Source: the human T2T-CHM13v2.0 reference genome, Homo sapiens. Taken from it: a stretch of DNA of 64,000 nucleotides. The position numbers were made by a program, and so were the translations under genes. Location of the stretch: the NCBI RefSeq assembly GCF_009914755.1, contig NC_060930.1; one strand, 5' to 3'. Position 1 is the stretch's first letter. The number at the start of each line of letters is the position of its first letter. The notes beneath the pieces were generated by a model. The model made no database searches and had not been told where the DNA came from. It saw nothing but the letters and a program-made list of their open reading frames with translations. Shown in pieces: positions 1 through 14,309 of this stretch.

Positions 1-254
1 AATAGGCAGTGTGAAGCCTCTGGCTTATAAAGTGGCGTAAGTCAGGGCCACTTAGAGAAAGGAAATTTCTCCTTAGAAGAGCAAAGTAGACAATCAGGAG
101 AGATTAGCCATGCTGTTAAAGAATATTAAGGAGTGGGAATGAGGAACATGGGAAGGCATAGATGCGCCTTCTCTGCATTCCTTAGCACTCTGTGGGTCCT
201 GCTCATGCGACATTGACCATCAAGCGTGGTAATGGCTGAGTTCCTTACGGGCTC

Positions 255-358
255 CCCCTCTAGACTGTATATTTCTTGAAGGTGAGGCCATCGCCAGCAC
301 CTAGCCCAGGGCTTATGCTGTACTAAACATTCAGTAGGCATTTGGTTAATGAATGAAT
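255..358 (+). mobile_element. L2 3' end fragment
   Basis: ctagactgta...ccagcacctag...cagtaggcatttggttaatgaatgaat resembles the L2 3' terminus. Confidence 0.6.
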
Positions 359-877
359 ATACATGGTGGATGGGCAGGGGGAGAAACAAAGCATCCATGA
401 GCACAGATGTTGGAAAGTAGAGAGAAAGCTTTGCTAATGATTTTATTTTTATCTTTTTATTATGGAAAAAGTTTAAACATATTCAAAAGTAGAGAAAATG
501 ATATAATGAATCCCTTTTTACTTATCACTCAGCCTCAACAGTGATCAACATATGGCCAATCTTGCTTCATTTATCTGCCCCCCTCCCCATTGGATTATTT
601 TGAAACAAAGCCCAGATGTCATATTATTTCATCTGTGAAACCTCAGTATGTATCTTCAAAACATTGAAGAGACTTGCCTTTAAATAATATAACTGCAATG
701 TCATTATCACACCAGAAAACAATTGCAGAGTAATTCCTTACTGTCATGAAATATTGGTATTCAAATTTCCCTTATTGTCTTGTAAATTCTCCCCTTCCCC
801 ATTGGTTGGTTAGAATTAGAATCCAAACAAGGACTACTCATATATTTAGCTAATAAATCTCTTAGGCTTTTAGTCTA

Positions 878-1119
878 TAGCAAGCTTTTCTAACCTGTGG
901 CCTGTGGGCCACATGCTGCCAGGACAGCTTTGAATGTGGTTCAACAAAAATTCATAAACTTTCTGAGAACATTATGGGATTTTTAAATTTAAATTTAAAT
1001 TAAATTAAATTTTTTTTTTAGCTCTTTGGGTATCATTAGTATTAGTGTATTTTATGTGTTGCTCAAGACAATTCTCCCTTACAGTGTGGCACAGGAAACT
1101 GAAAGATTGGGCATCCTTG
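878..1119. mobile_element. MER30 (hAT-Charlie DNA transposon)
   Basis: ggccacatg...caggacagctttgaatgtgg...caagacaattct...aaagattgggcatcc matches recalled MER30. Confidence 0.8.
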
Positions 1120-1516
1120 GTCTGTGGGTTCACCCTTCTTTTTTTCCTTGCAATTTATTTATTGAAGAAACTGGATCCTTTGTCCTGTAGAATTTCTCAC
1201 AGTCAGAATTTTAACTAACTACATCCCCATGTACTTTAATTCATTTTTCTGTCCCCTGTATTTCCTGTGAACAGGTAATGAGAACCTGAGGTTTGATCAT
1301 ATTTTCAGATTTTTGGCAAGAAGGCCTGTGAAGGTGGAGGGGCTCTACGCTTCCTGCTGCATGGCATCAGGAGGCAACTGCTGCCTTGTCCCTCCCTTTG
1401 TTGTGTGAAGCCCCATCAGTGAGCACAGGTGTTGTAAGCCTGACCTGTGTGTCATCCGCCTCCTTATCTGTTTTTTGCTTTGTGATTTTGGCAGCCATTG
1501 ATAATTATTGTGTAGG

Positions 1517-1713
1517 TTAGGGGTCAGTAAACTTTTTATGTAAAGAGCCAGATAGTAAATAGTTTTGGCTTTGAGGGCCAATATGGTCTCTGTCATTGTA
1601 GTAGGAATGCAGCGTTGGACGGGATGTGCATGAATGGGTACAACTACGTGCCCATAAAACTTCATTTACCAGATTAGATTTGGACCTACTGGGAGTTATC
1701 TGCCAACTCTTGA
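1517..1713. mobile_element. MER58A-like (hAT-Charlie)
   Basis: aggggtcagtaaacttttt..gtaaagagccagatagtaaata...tgccaactcttg. Confidence 0.75.
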
Positions 1714-2208
1714 TCTAGATTGATTATTGTACTAAGGATTACACAGTAATACAATTCCATCATTGGTTGAAATGCTTCTATAAAAAGAATTTTACCTCAT
1801 CAATTATTTGGTTACTTTAAAGGCATAACAGAAAGGAAGCTGCATATAAAGAAAAGGCAGAATAAATTCTTGTGTCTTTCCCTTGGTTATTTGGTTTCAG
1901 AGTGGGTTATGTTCCTCACATCTTCCAAAGGAGTTCATTTTGTTTTTTAAGTATCACCATGAAATAATGGCTTTTTAACATACTTGGTGTTTCAGTCTTT
2001 CTGGACTTAGGCCCTGTGGGTACACAGGAGGAGCCCCATGGCTGGTGTTGGTTAACAGTTGCACAGCAACCACAGGGCCCTTGATGCATTATGTGCTCCA
2101 TGGCAGAATGTTTCCATGTCTCAGTTGTACTGTTATTGTAAATTGTATGAGTGGTCTCTGTCTGCAGCTTTATGATCCACCATGGTACCATTTTTTAAAA
2201 GTTTTATT

Positions 2209-2330
2209 AGGCCAGGTACAGTGTGGCTCACACCTGTAATTGCAGCACTTTGGGAGGTTGAGGTGGGAGGATTGCTTGAGGCCAGGAGTTCAAGACCAGC
2301 CTGGACAACATAGCAAGACCCTATCTCTAT
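2209..2330 (+). mobile_element. FLAM / Alu left monomer
   Basis: ggccaggtacagtgtggctcacacctgtaat...gaccctatctcta. Confidence 0.85.
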
Positions 2331-2394
2331 GCCCTCCCCATTTTCATACCTTTATTAGGTATGAAAATATATGGTTTTCAAATTCAGAAATTTG

Positions 2395-2680
2395 ATTCTT
2401 TCCAACAGTTTTACATAATATTTAACATTTCCATGGGCTAAAACTTTTTATTAGCTCCCACATATGAGTGAGAACGTTCAGTACTTCTCTTTCTGTGCCT
2501 GGCTTCTTTCACTTCACGTAATGTCGTTCAGACTTATTCATATTGCTGCAGATGACAAGATTTCATTCTTGCTTAGGGCTGAATAGTATTTCGTTGTGTA
2601 TACCTACCACATTTTTATATCCATTCATCTGTTGATGGCCACTTGATTCCAAATCTTGGCTATTGGCTATTGTAATAGTG
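2395..2680 (-). mobile_element. L1MA/MB 3' fragment
   Basis: ctcccacatatgagtgagaac...ctgtgcctggctt...gctgaatagtatt. Confidence 0.75.
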
Positions 2681-2753
2681 ACCAGCTGTCTGTTTTTAGC
2701 TTCTGCTGCACACTGTCTCTGCTTTGGCCTAATATATCCTGACTGTTCTTTGC

Positions 2754-3138
<385 letters not shown>

Positions 3139-3481
3139 TAAGTTTCACTTCTTTCCATGGAGGTTTTCCAGACTAATTATGACCGTCTTCAAGGATACCA
3201 ACGGCTGAGCTCTTTTTCTCTCAACCACAAATATAGGAAGAATGTATTTATAATTTAAAAGCTTCCCCAAATTCATCATTTCCTGGGCTGATATGAAAGG
3301 AAGCCATGCTCTACTTTCTTCCTGCTCTATAGTCAGTAACAAGCACCACCCCCCGCCCCCCACCATACACACACACCCAGGGCAGTACTAATCCCTTTGT
3401 TCTACATCTTCACTAGTAAATCACCTGTCCACTGTGTGACCGAATGGAATGAAATGCCACACAGTTTCCACACCAAGGAAT

Positions 3482-3524
3482 CTGTCAGAGGTATTCAAAC
3501 TAGAGTGACTCCATCTTGCATAGG
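3482..3524 (+). mobile_element. MER41-like LTR 5' stub (~43 bp)
   Basis: tgtcagaggtattcaaactagagtgactccatcttgcatagg resembles the MER41 5' end. Confidence 0.55.
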
Positions 3525-4584
3525 TGCCTTTTGGGATAGAGTATTTAGAATGTCTGTCACACGGCAAAACTACTTAATATACAATAAATATAAAACTATC
3601 TTTCCTAGCAATCTTCTTTTTATGTAAGTATCATTTTGTCTCATTTAAAAAACACTGCAGGCTTTTACTTTATCCTAATCTTCACAGTTGAATATATGTC
3701 AATCAACAATGCCACATTATGTGGCTGTGTTGCAAAGTGACACATTCATTAAGATTGATTCTAAAAGGCCTATTGAGAAAAGCCACTGAGGGCAAATAAA
3801 TTCAATAAAATTTAATCTATAGTTCTTTTTCTTCTTGTCAAGCTTGGATTAAGGCATGTATTAAATGTGGTAGAATATAGAAAGTTTTTAAATTTCCTTT
3901 TGAAACCTTTTTGCCCATTATTAATTGAGGCATTTCATTAATTGGATTGGTGACATTTTTGCTGAGTCCGAGTACGGTTGGACCTTGGTGAACAGAAATC
4001 TGCTTCATCTCATGAGATGTTGTAGCCATTTTTATTAATGCTGGAGAAGAGATGGTGTATTCTTTAGAATTATGGAAAGTGAGCAAAACGTTTTGGTTTG
4101 TGACTTTGTTTTTATTTTAGGATAATATTATAAAAATAATACCTTTGTGGCTTTAACTGTATTTGTAATTTTTAGAACACTGTGAATACTGAGATATTGT
4201 AGTGATAACTATTTTGCTAGTATGTAAAGAAACATTTGTGGAAAATTTAAAAGCCTTAAGGACAAAGTATACTTCTTCAGGTTGACATCTGGACATTTAC
4301 AGAGAAACAATCCTATGAGAATTTTATTCTCTGAATTGTATTAATAGATACTTTTGGTGAGCCTAAACCTGAAGCTGATTGTGGACAAATATTTATCAAT
4401 TGGAGATTTTAAATGATGAAGACAAAGAATGGAATTCTTTTATTTTTTCAACATGTATTGAGAGCTTCCTAGATGCTATGACTTATAAGTCTTTTATGTT
4501 TTTTTTAATGTTTATAGATTTCTTGGGAAGTTCATCTGATTTGATATTTTTATGGACATTTTAGAATGTTAAATTTATAATCTG

Positions 4585-4870
<286 letters not shown>

Positions 4871-4989
4871 TTATAAAATGTGTAGCATTCAAGAATATTT
4901 ATCAAGACAAAGTGCTGACTTCACCACACTCAGAAGGGTGTGGTATACCATTCATGGATAGGAAGAGGTGGGAGGAGTCTTGGAGACAT

Positions 4990-6620
4990 TTCAATATATT
5001 TATATGGCAGGTATTTATTATCTACTCTGTGCTAGCTTATGATAGGTGCTTGTGCTAGAATGGTAAGCAACATATTAGTGGTTCTTATATTCTTATAATT
5101 TACATTTTAGTAGTAGAAATTTAGAACAAACAAATAAGTTAAATTGGGCTTCTTGAAGTTTGTTGAAGGAAGTAAACAGAGTGCCATAATAGAAAATAAG
5201 GGGTAAGGGATTTTGAAAACGAGTAATTGGAGAGGACCTCCTTGAGGACTTCATATTGAGATCTGCTGTGGTTTTGGATATTTGTTACTTCTAGACCTCA
5301 TGTTGAAATTTGACTAGATCTCTCATGAATAGATTAATGCTCTTCTTTGGGGGTGAATGAATTCTTATTCTTGTTAGTTCCCTTGAGAGCTCATTGTTAA
5401 AAAGAGCCTGGCACCTCCCCTGTCTCTTGCTTCCTATCTTGCCATGTGATCTCTGCAGATATCGGCTCCCTTTCATTTCTTCCCATGGATAGAAGCAGCC
5501 TGAGATCCTCTTCAGATGCAGATGTCCAGTCCTGAACTTGCCAGCCAGCCAGAATTCTGAATCAAATAAACCTCTTTTCTTTATAATTTACCCAGCGTCA
5601 AGGTATTCCTTTATAGCAACACAAAACAGACTAAGGCAAGATCTCTAAGAAGGAATGAGATTAGTATGACATTTCACATTGAGCAAACAGCCTAAAACAT
5701 GAAAGACTTTGTACTGTTCATGGAACTTAACAAAGGCCAGGGCGGCAGGAAAACAATAAGTTCAAGACAGGGTTGGAGGGAAGGCAGAGGCCAGATTATA
5801 CGGTACCTTGCTGTGTAGAGTTTGGATTTTAATCTCTATGTAATGAAAAATGATTTAAGTGTAATAAACGGATGGTAGATATAATCCCATTTACATTTTT
5901 AGAAGCTTACTTTGGTTATTGCAATGAAAATAATTTATAGTGGGGCAAGATTAGAAGCATGAAGATAAATTAGAAGGTTCTGCAATGAACAAGGTCAAAA
6001 CCTGGATTAGGATGTTGATGATGAAGATGGAATGAAATTGGAAGATTGGAAACATACTTTGGTTGAATTGACTGGCTTGCCAATGGATTGGACATGAGGA
6101 GTGAGGTATAATGTAGAATCAAAGGTGACTCCTAGTTTTTGAAAAACTGAGAGAATGGTGGTGCCATTTATTAAAATGGGGAAAACTGCAGGAAACAATT
6201 TGGTGGTAGTGAGAGGTGAGGGTTGAAATTTGTCTTAGACCTGTTAAATTTGAAGTGTTTGTGTTAATACAAATGGAGGTACTGTAAGCCCTCTGGAACT
6301 CAGAGGGAAGGGATAGGCTGCAGACACAAACTGGGGGGCAGTCATCATGTCATGATATTCAAAGCTACTGGAGGAGATGGAACAATCCAAGGGAAAGAGT
6401 GCAAGCAAGGGCTAGGGAGTTCTAACATCTAGAGATTTGATAGAAGAGGAGCTGGCAGAAAAGATTGAGAATAGTGATCAGTGAACTAGGAGGAAAGCTG
6501 GAAGACTGTGATGTCATGGAACCTGTGAGAATAGATAGTTTCAAGAGTAAGGGTATAGTCATTGGGAAGAAGGTGAAGGACAGGTGAGACAAGGTGAAGA
6601 CAGAAAAGGATCCATTTGCC
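4990..6620 (-). mobile_element. L2 (degenerate) interrupted by an MST LTR
   Basis: L2-type purine-rich motifs (tttggattttaatct, gaatcaaaggtgactcctagtttt, gtggtgccatttattaaaatggggaa). Confidence 0.7.
5264..5638 (+). mobile_element. MST (MSTB-like) solo MaLR LTR
   Basis: TG...CA termini with a 5-bp TSD AGATC on both sides. Confidence 0.88.
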
Positions 6621-6800
6621 TTTACAATCAGCCTCTGCTTTCAGGAACCTTGTCTTGATTGTCTTTGCATCCCCAGCATCTTGCACATGGTATGACACTT
6701 AATAGATATTAAGTAAATGCTTGCTGAATTATTAAATGAAAGTGATAATATATCAAAAGAGGGCTACATCATGAGTCCATCAAGAATTAAAACCTAACTT

Positions 6801-6948
6801 GGCCAGGTGCAATGGCTTATATCTGTAATCCCAGCACGTTGGGAGGCCAAGGCAGGAGGATCACTTGAGGCCAGGAATTTGAGACCAGTCTGGGCAATAT
6901 ACCAAGACCCCGTCTTTACAAAAAACAAACAAACACAAACAAAAAACC
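6801..6948 (+). mobile_element. FLAM_C
   Basis: Left Alu monomer with A-rich tail; TSD aaacctaact/aaacccaact. Confidence 0.88.
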
Positions 6949-7083
6949 AAACCCAACTGTTACTCTTTTAAGTGAATTCTATAGCAGTTGAAGACGACTT
7001 TTCTGTCAATCACAAATGTATTGATGAAAGACAGTTGGTGATTTTCAGCCATGGCTTTGGGAGTAATATGTACTTTTTTGATG

Positions 7084-7094
7084 GAGAGAGAGAG

Positions 7095-7142
<48 letters not shown>

Positions 7143-7162
7143 CGCACGTGCACATGCATGTG
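7084..7162. repeat. Compound (GA)n(GT)n(GC)n microsatellite
   Basis: Read directly from sequence. Confidence 0.95.
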
Positions 7163-7769
7163 ATGTACAGTATTAGTTACATTTAGTGAAATAGGCATCA
7201 AAATAATCTACTTAAGTTTGAAATTGTAGAAATGGTACATATAACCTATGCTAATTTCTTTAGACATTTTAGTTTTTCTTGATAAGGTTAGAGAGTTTTA
7301 TTAAACTTTGGCCAAGGGAAATTATGAAGGAAGAAATTAATAGGAAAGAAATTAGTCTAATGGAAGAAGATTCAGTCATTCTTAATAATCTAATTTTCAG
7401 GCCATATTCTTATTAATCATGATCTTAAATTATATCTTTGTTTGCATCTTCCAAATAAAGAGTAAGGTACTAAGCAAAAACCTAGACTTATGAGCTTTAT
7501 ATATTATTTGTTGGCGTTCCATATAGATAATATAAACAAAAGAGAAATAATGACATTTCCCTCTCAGCTTATCAGGTAGCGGAAGTTATTACAACATTGG
7601 TAAATTGTGCTTTACTTGCTGTACTTACTATCTGCTCTATCTATAGACAGAAAACCTGTATACCTTCTGATACTGTGTTCAATGCATATTCTGTCTACTA
7701 CCAATTTAGAATGCTGAAGTACCATATCAATGGATCCATTATTTCTAAATTTCTAGTCGCATCCATATA

Positions 7770-7925
7770 GTGCTTATGTATGTAAAGTATTTACACCTAA
7801 ATGATTCCATTGAATCCTCACAACCACTTTGTGAGGCAGGTGTTGTCTTTTAGTCCAAGATCACAGTGTCAGAGCCAGGTCCCAAATCTCGGTCTCCTGA
7901 CTCTAGATGCTATGTGCTTCCATTG
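7770..7925 (-). mobile_element. MIR
   Basis: tgaatcctcacaaccactttgtgaggcaggt...ccaagatcacag...tcctgactctaga. Confidence 0.65.
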
Positions 7926-7928
7926 TAG

Positions 7929-8011
7929 ACTGCCTGCAAGGGATGGTCATACTCCTGGCTGCACTTCCAGAGTCTTGAAGAAGAAAGCAGATGTGGATAC
8001 CTAAATATAGG
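7929..8011 (+). other. Candidate alternative 5'UTR exon of RNF182 (83 nt)
   Basis: Acceptor tgtgcttccattgtag|AC at the end of a MIR and donor AGG|gtgcgg. Inferred from splice motifs only. Confidence 0.4.
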
Positions 8012-9824
8012 GTGCGGAGTACCTGGTTTTTTTCTCTCTTATTCCTGAACATTTATTGGTTTAAAACTGCTGGCAAACAGCACAGCATAAATCACAACTC
8101 CATATATAAAAATAGTGGCCTCTCTTCCAAAATTAATAACTTAGATTGCTAGGTTATTAACTTGGCTGTATCCTAATAAATAGATTATGACTCTCCATCA
8201 AATTAAATTGCTTGTTCTTGGAGGAGGGGGGAGGTAAGAGTTTTAATTGTTGAGGGAGGCTTTCTGGAATTGCTCCTTATGCTGCCAAACAACCATTAGG
8301 GGTTATGGGTATTGTGGGTTAAATTCTTCTAGAGTCAGCTGATGGTCCTTCAAGAATGAGTACTTGGCATTTGTTGAGCCTATTCTTTTTAGGATTTTTG
8401 AGTTGGAGACTTTTATTATAGTGAGAAGGATTTTTTTGAATGGCATTTTAATGAAAGGCATAGTTTTTAATGAAAGGCATAGTAAAACCCTTAATTCTGA
8501 GACCATCGTCTCTACAAAGTTCAACTATTGTTAATGCTCACTAAGGGATAACTGATAATTGGGACTGAGGCCAACATATTATTGTTAGTAATTATTAACA
8601 GTAATGAGAGTCTTTTAAGCTCTAACTAGAATCCAGCTTCTGAATCTCTAGGTGGAAAAACTGGACTTTCTTGGCGGTAGATGCCACATGTGTGGTTTAA
8701 GCTTAATTTGAGACTCAAGCTCCATAAATAATGAGGTTAGGAACATCGGGTTTTGTGAATGAGCAATTGGGTGTCAGAGAGATGGCAAGCATGTGTACTT
8801 TATCAATAGCTGAGCGTAAAAACCAATGTTCTGCCTTGATAGTCACAAAGAAAAATGATGCTACAAGTGCTAGAATCTCTCATATGTTTTTGAAGATAGA
8901 GTTATTAGTCAAAGAATTTAAGACATCATAGAAACTGATAATCAAGAAGTGAAAGTGTTTGAAGAGTGATTCTCCATTTTGCACAAAATAAATTGAACAT
9001 AGAAGCAGGTATTTAGCACCATTTATAAAAACAGAAACCATAGTTAATGAAAATGACAATACCTTAACTTCTATCAGTTTTCTTGTTACAGAGCCATTTA
9101 AAATATATTGTCTCATCATCTAGAAAGCAGTGTTTACAACATTTATTTTCCAGGATGGGAGGAATATTTTGGAAATGAGAGTTGAAATTTGACAGTTGTC
9201 TTTTCATAAGGGGAAAAATATAATCTCTCCTGTTGATGCCGCATTAAAATGGTTGATGGATTCTATAAGAATGATTCAGGCTACATGAAACTGTATATGA
9301 AATATTTTGAAGAAATTCAACTTACCCTAAGACCTATACAATTAATTCATATGGACAGTGGAGTAATACATAGCATAGAGCCCTGGATAGATAATAGGAT
9401 CACAGTGACAGCTCTGTTTTTTGTTTTGTTTTTTTGAGCTCTACTTATTTTGACTTTTTTTGTCCTGACTTCTTATGTAATCTTAGGAAAGATACTTCAA
9501 CGGATGTTCATATGCCTATTAAGTGGGAATTATAATTTCCCCTTACTGTAGTAGAGCTTATGCAGTGTTTCTAAAATTTTTGAGCTTTTTAAAAAGACTT
9601 GAATTAATAGAAGTTATCATAATACAAATTATTAAAGTTTATGCATGGAAGAATACATAGAAACTGTATTTTGACTGACAGAACTTGCAAGATGTATGGA
9701 TTGGACAGCTTCAAAGTTCATAAAAGAGTCTTCTAGGTAGGCATGATACTCATTGATAAATGAGGGAAATAATTTCTTTGGGCAGAGATTGGCTTTGGAT
9801 TAATTTGGAAAGAAATAGCATGCT

Positions 9825-10352
9825 ATTTTGCTTATCTATTGTTACAAAAGCACCTCAAAACTAGTGGCTGGAAACAACAGCCATTTTATTGGTTCATGAG
9901 TCTGTGGCTCAGCATTTTCTACTGGGCTCAGTGGGGCACATTCTTCAGCTGTTCTTTCATGGTGCTACTCATTCAAACAGGTGTTGTCCCTGGTGGTTAG
10001 TTGAGGCTGGATGGTCTCTAATGGTCTCACATGACTAGAGTTGGTGCTGGCTTTTGTCTGGGCCTTTCTCTCTATGGTTTCTCATCTTCAGAGAGGCTAG
10101 CCTGGGCTTCTTTGATGGTGGTCTCAGAATTCCAAGAGAGCAAGAGCAGAAGCTTCAAGACACCCTGAGGTCAGAAATTTGCTTCACACTCTTAATGTTG
10201 GTCAAAGCAAGTCACAAGGCCAAGATTTAAGGGGTGGGGAAAAACAGATTCCTCTACTTGTTGATCAGATGAAAAGAAGATCACATTGTAGAAAGTATTT
10301 GTACAGGTCTGTGGAGAATTATTGCAGCCATATTTGCAGACAAGTTGCCACA
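9825..10352 (-). mobile_element. Old MLT1 LTR
   Basis: cacctcaaaactagtggctggaaacaacagccatttt...ggtcaaagcaagtcacaaggcc. Confidence 0.65.
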
Positions 10353-12128
10353 CATGATAGGGGCTAGGGCAAAGAGTATTTAGGGGAGATGGTTTAGTAA
10401 TAAATTAAAAAATTTGAAATTGAAGGGTAATATCATGAAAAAGTGGGGAAGAAGACCCAAAAACAGTTCAAGATCCAAACAGCAAAGACTCAAGACAATC
10501 TCAGTTAAGAAAAACACGAATTTTTTAAAATGTAAAAAAAAAAAAAGAATCATTATCTAACTAGTATATAGAAATACAGGTCTTTGAATTAAAAGGTAGA
10601 ACTTGAAAGGCATTATTTAGGAAAGATAGCCAAAGGCAAAGGAAAATGATTCTCATACCCTTGAGTGTCCAGTTTATGGATTCTTAGAATGAGACAGTTT
10701 GATATAGAGGAAGTAAAAAATAATAATATGCAAAAAGGAGAATTCTAAAAAGTGAATTTCAGAAACAGTTAACTTAGGGATGAGTATCAGTTTGGTACAT
10801 ATCTTTATGTAATAGCCGCTGAACATGCTTAGTATTGCCAATGTTCTGTCCAAATTAAACTTTTATCACAAATTTCCATTTTTCCATCTAGGTAAATATT
10901 TGGGAAAAACTCCAGGAATTATAGTTGGCAAGGATTCTTGAAAGATAGCAAGCTAAAGTGGCTTGCTATCTTGCTCTCTCAATTCTACTCTATCTGCCTT
11001 TCCTGATCCCAACGACTCCTGGAGCCAGCAGACCCCTGAGTGCAAGTGAAACCCCAAGCTTTGTGAAAGCTGAGGGTGGGGAGTGGGGAGCAGATGGGGG
11101 ATTCCTTCCTAGGCTTGGCTGGTACCGAGGGCTGGCATCCATTGGATGAGTCCCACCAGAAGATCAGGATGCACTGGATACTGTGATGAACTTGACCTAC
11201 AGAGGGTGGGGACTCCTGGGAGGAAAACTGAAACTCACCCTCACCCCATAGTGTGTGTGTTCCACAAGAGACCAAGGAGAAAAATCCATAGTTGGGGGCG
11301 TCCTTTGGAGCAGGAGACCTTGGAAGGGTCCTGGCAGCCCACCTGCTGTCACACTGCTAGATCACAGGAGAAGAGACCATTGTGTTTCACCCTACTCATA
11401 GAACTTCAGTTCCATGGGTCCTTCAACAATCAGACCTGAACCCCAGTGATATAACAAAGAAAAATATTGGCACTGTAGCCAAAGGGAAGGCAGTCTATGA
11501 GAACAGACAGAACTCACGCTGAATGTGATGGAGCGGCAGCCAGAGACAGATGACAACCTGACAAAAAATAGAAAGAGCACATAAGGAGATGCAGATGCAG
11601 CACAAGAAGACTTTCTAGAGATGAAATGCATGATTTCCCCATCAAACATTTTAGTAAATGAACTGAAGGTGATAATGATCATTCTTGGGGCTTGATTTGG
11701 TAGCCTAGTTGGTCAGCTAGAAGAATCTGAAAGTACAGAACAAAAATATAAAGGAATGGAAACCACAAAAGAAAATAGATCCAGGAAATATAACATGTGA
11801 GTAACAGGAAAGCCAGAAAGAGAAAAAGGAACAGATGGAGGAAAGGCAATAATTAAGTAAATATAAGAAACAAATTTTTTGAGCTTAAAAATCAGGACTT
11901 GAGTCTGTAAATTCAAATAGCTTATTAAGTTCCAGGCAAAATTTATGAAAAAAGACACTCTGGATTTATTGGAAAAGTTCTTGAACTATATATTAAGAAT
12001 AAGAGGCAAAATCTTAGAAGCTTCTAGACAGAGCAAATTACTTACCATGAAGAAGTATCACACTAGCAGCAGATTTCTCATCTGTGACACAGAAAACTAG
12101 AAATAGTAATTTCTGCAGGCCATGGAGA

Positions 12129-12571
12129 TGTTACCAAAATACCAAGGGTTTGGTCTAGGCCCTACTTGCTCACCACACAGAAAGCCAATCACGAGACGAT
12201 GAGTATTGCCAAGGAAGAAGGCTTTAATTGGGTGCTGGGGCTGAGGAGATGGGAGATCCTTCTCAAATCCATCTCTCTGACAGACTAAAACCGAGGGCTT
12301 ATATAGCAGGGCAGAAATGTAACAATGTATAAGAAAACAGGAACTAGAGAGGGGCAAGGAAGCAATCATGATCAATGAGGGGCCCCTCAAGGATCTGGTG
12401 TGGTGATCTGGTGAGTTTCAGTTCTTTGATACTTTTTTTTGAGTGGACTGGAAGTACTCTCCTGAGGACGGAGCTCAGATAAAACAAATACAAGTTTTAA
12501 GCTTTAAGACAAGAAAGGGCAATCTATGTTTATACAAAAGAATAGTCTATAGGACTACTGGGTTGGTTTCA
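12129..12571 (-). mobile_element. Solo ERV1 LTR, MER4-group-like
   Basis: TGTTACC...GGTTTCA termini with a 4-bp TSD GAGA. Confidence 0.8.
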
Positions 12572-12929
12572 GAGAGAAAAAAGACAGCAGCCAGAAAATT
12601 CCATACATTTCCCTGTCAGGAGGAAATTTATTACTACATAAGAATTTAGAAATATCATCACCTATTTTCTGACAAAGATACTCAATAATACAAAGAAAAA
12701 GTAACTGAACAAAAAGTTAACCAGAAACACAGACCTTGAGGTACAGGAAGATGACAGGAGGGAAATATTTGGAATTGAATCAAATAAATCAAGTGAGGAG
12801 GAAAGAATGAGTTAATATATAACAGCCTTTACATTAAAGGTGAATGAACTTGGAAAATTCACAAATTTTTAGAATTCATTAGATGTTTTAATTGGAAAAT
12901 TGTCAGACTGAGTTAAAAACCAAAACCCA

Positions 12930-13585
<656 letters not shown>

Positions 13586-14185
13586 AGCTGTTTATAAGAA
13601 ACATTCGAGATAAAGTAATTGAAGATGGAGTTGAAAGGATGCACATACATCCCAGGCAAATGCGGAGTCAATAGAACAAGTAATATAAGCTTTAGATAAG
13701 GTATAAAGGTTGATATTTAAGTTAAAGGCATAAATAGGATAAGGAAAGACATTATATAATGACAAAAAGAGGCAGAGTTTATGAAGAAAATAAAGTTGTA
13801 TATGTAAGCTAACATAGCCACTAACTCTGTAAAACAAAACTGTTAGAAATGCAAATATAGTTATAGTGAGACACTTAAATAAACCTCTCTCACTTGTTTT
13901 GACCTGTGATAACCTTGCACATACCTTGATGATTCAGAAATTGAATAAATTAAAAAGTTAGGTTTAATAGGTATTCTAGAACCACACAGAATATTTCTTT
14001 CTAGACTACTTAGAAAAATATACTTTACCACAAAGAGCACCATAATAAATTAAAAGGAAAAGATTTTCTTATAGATTTTGTTCTCTGATCATAATCCCGT
14101 ACTATTAGAAATTACATATGGCAATAAAAAATAAATTTTATTTAGAAATTTAAGAAAAGTATATAACCTTTTTAAAATTTATTAA

Positions 14186-14309
14186 TTTTTTTTTAAAAAA
14201 TAGAGATGGAGTCTAATATTGCCCTGGCTAGTCTCAAACTCCTAAGGCTCAAGTGATTCTCTACCCTCAGCCTCCTGGAATTACAGGCGTGAGCCACGAT
14301 GCCTGGCCC
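14186..14309 (-). mobile_element. FLAM / Alu monomer
   Basis: agagatggagtct...ggcgtgagccacgatgcctggcc. Confidence 0.8.

Larger units (their letters stand above)
440..1990 (-). mobile_element. Old L1M (L1MC-like) 3' fragments interrupted by MER30 and MER58
   Basis: Degenerate AT-rich L1 3'UTR-like motifs (aaacatattcaaaagtagagaaaa; tttgtcctgtagaatttctcac), also seen at ~29.2 kb and ~38.5 kb. Confidence 0.5.
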
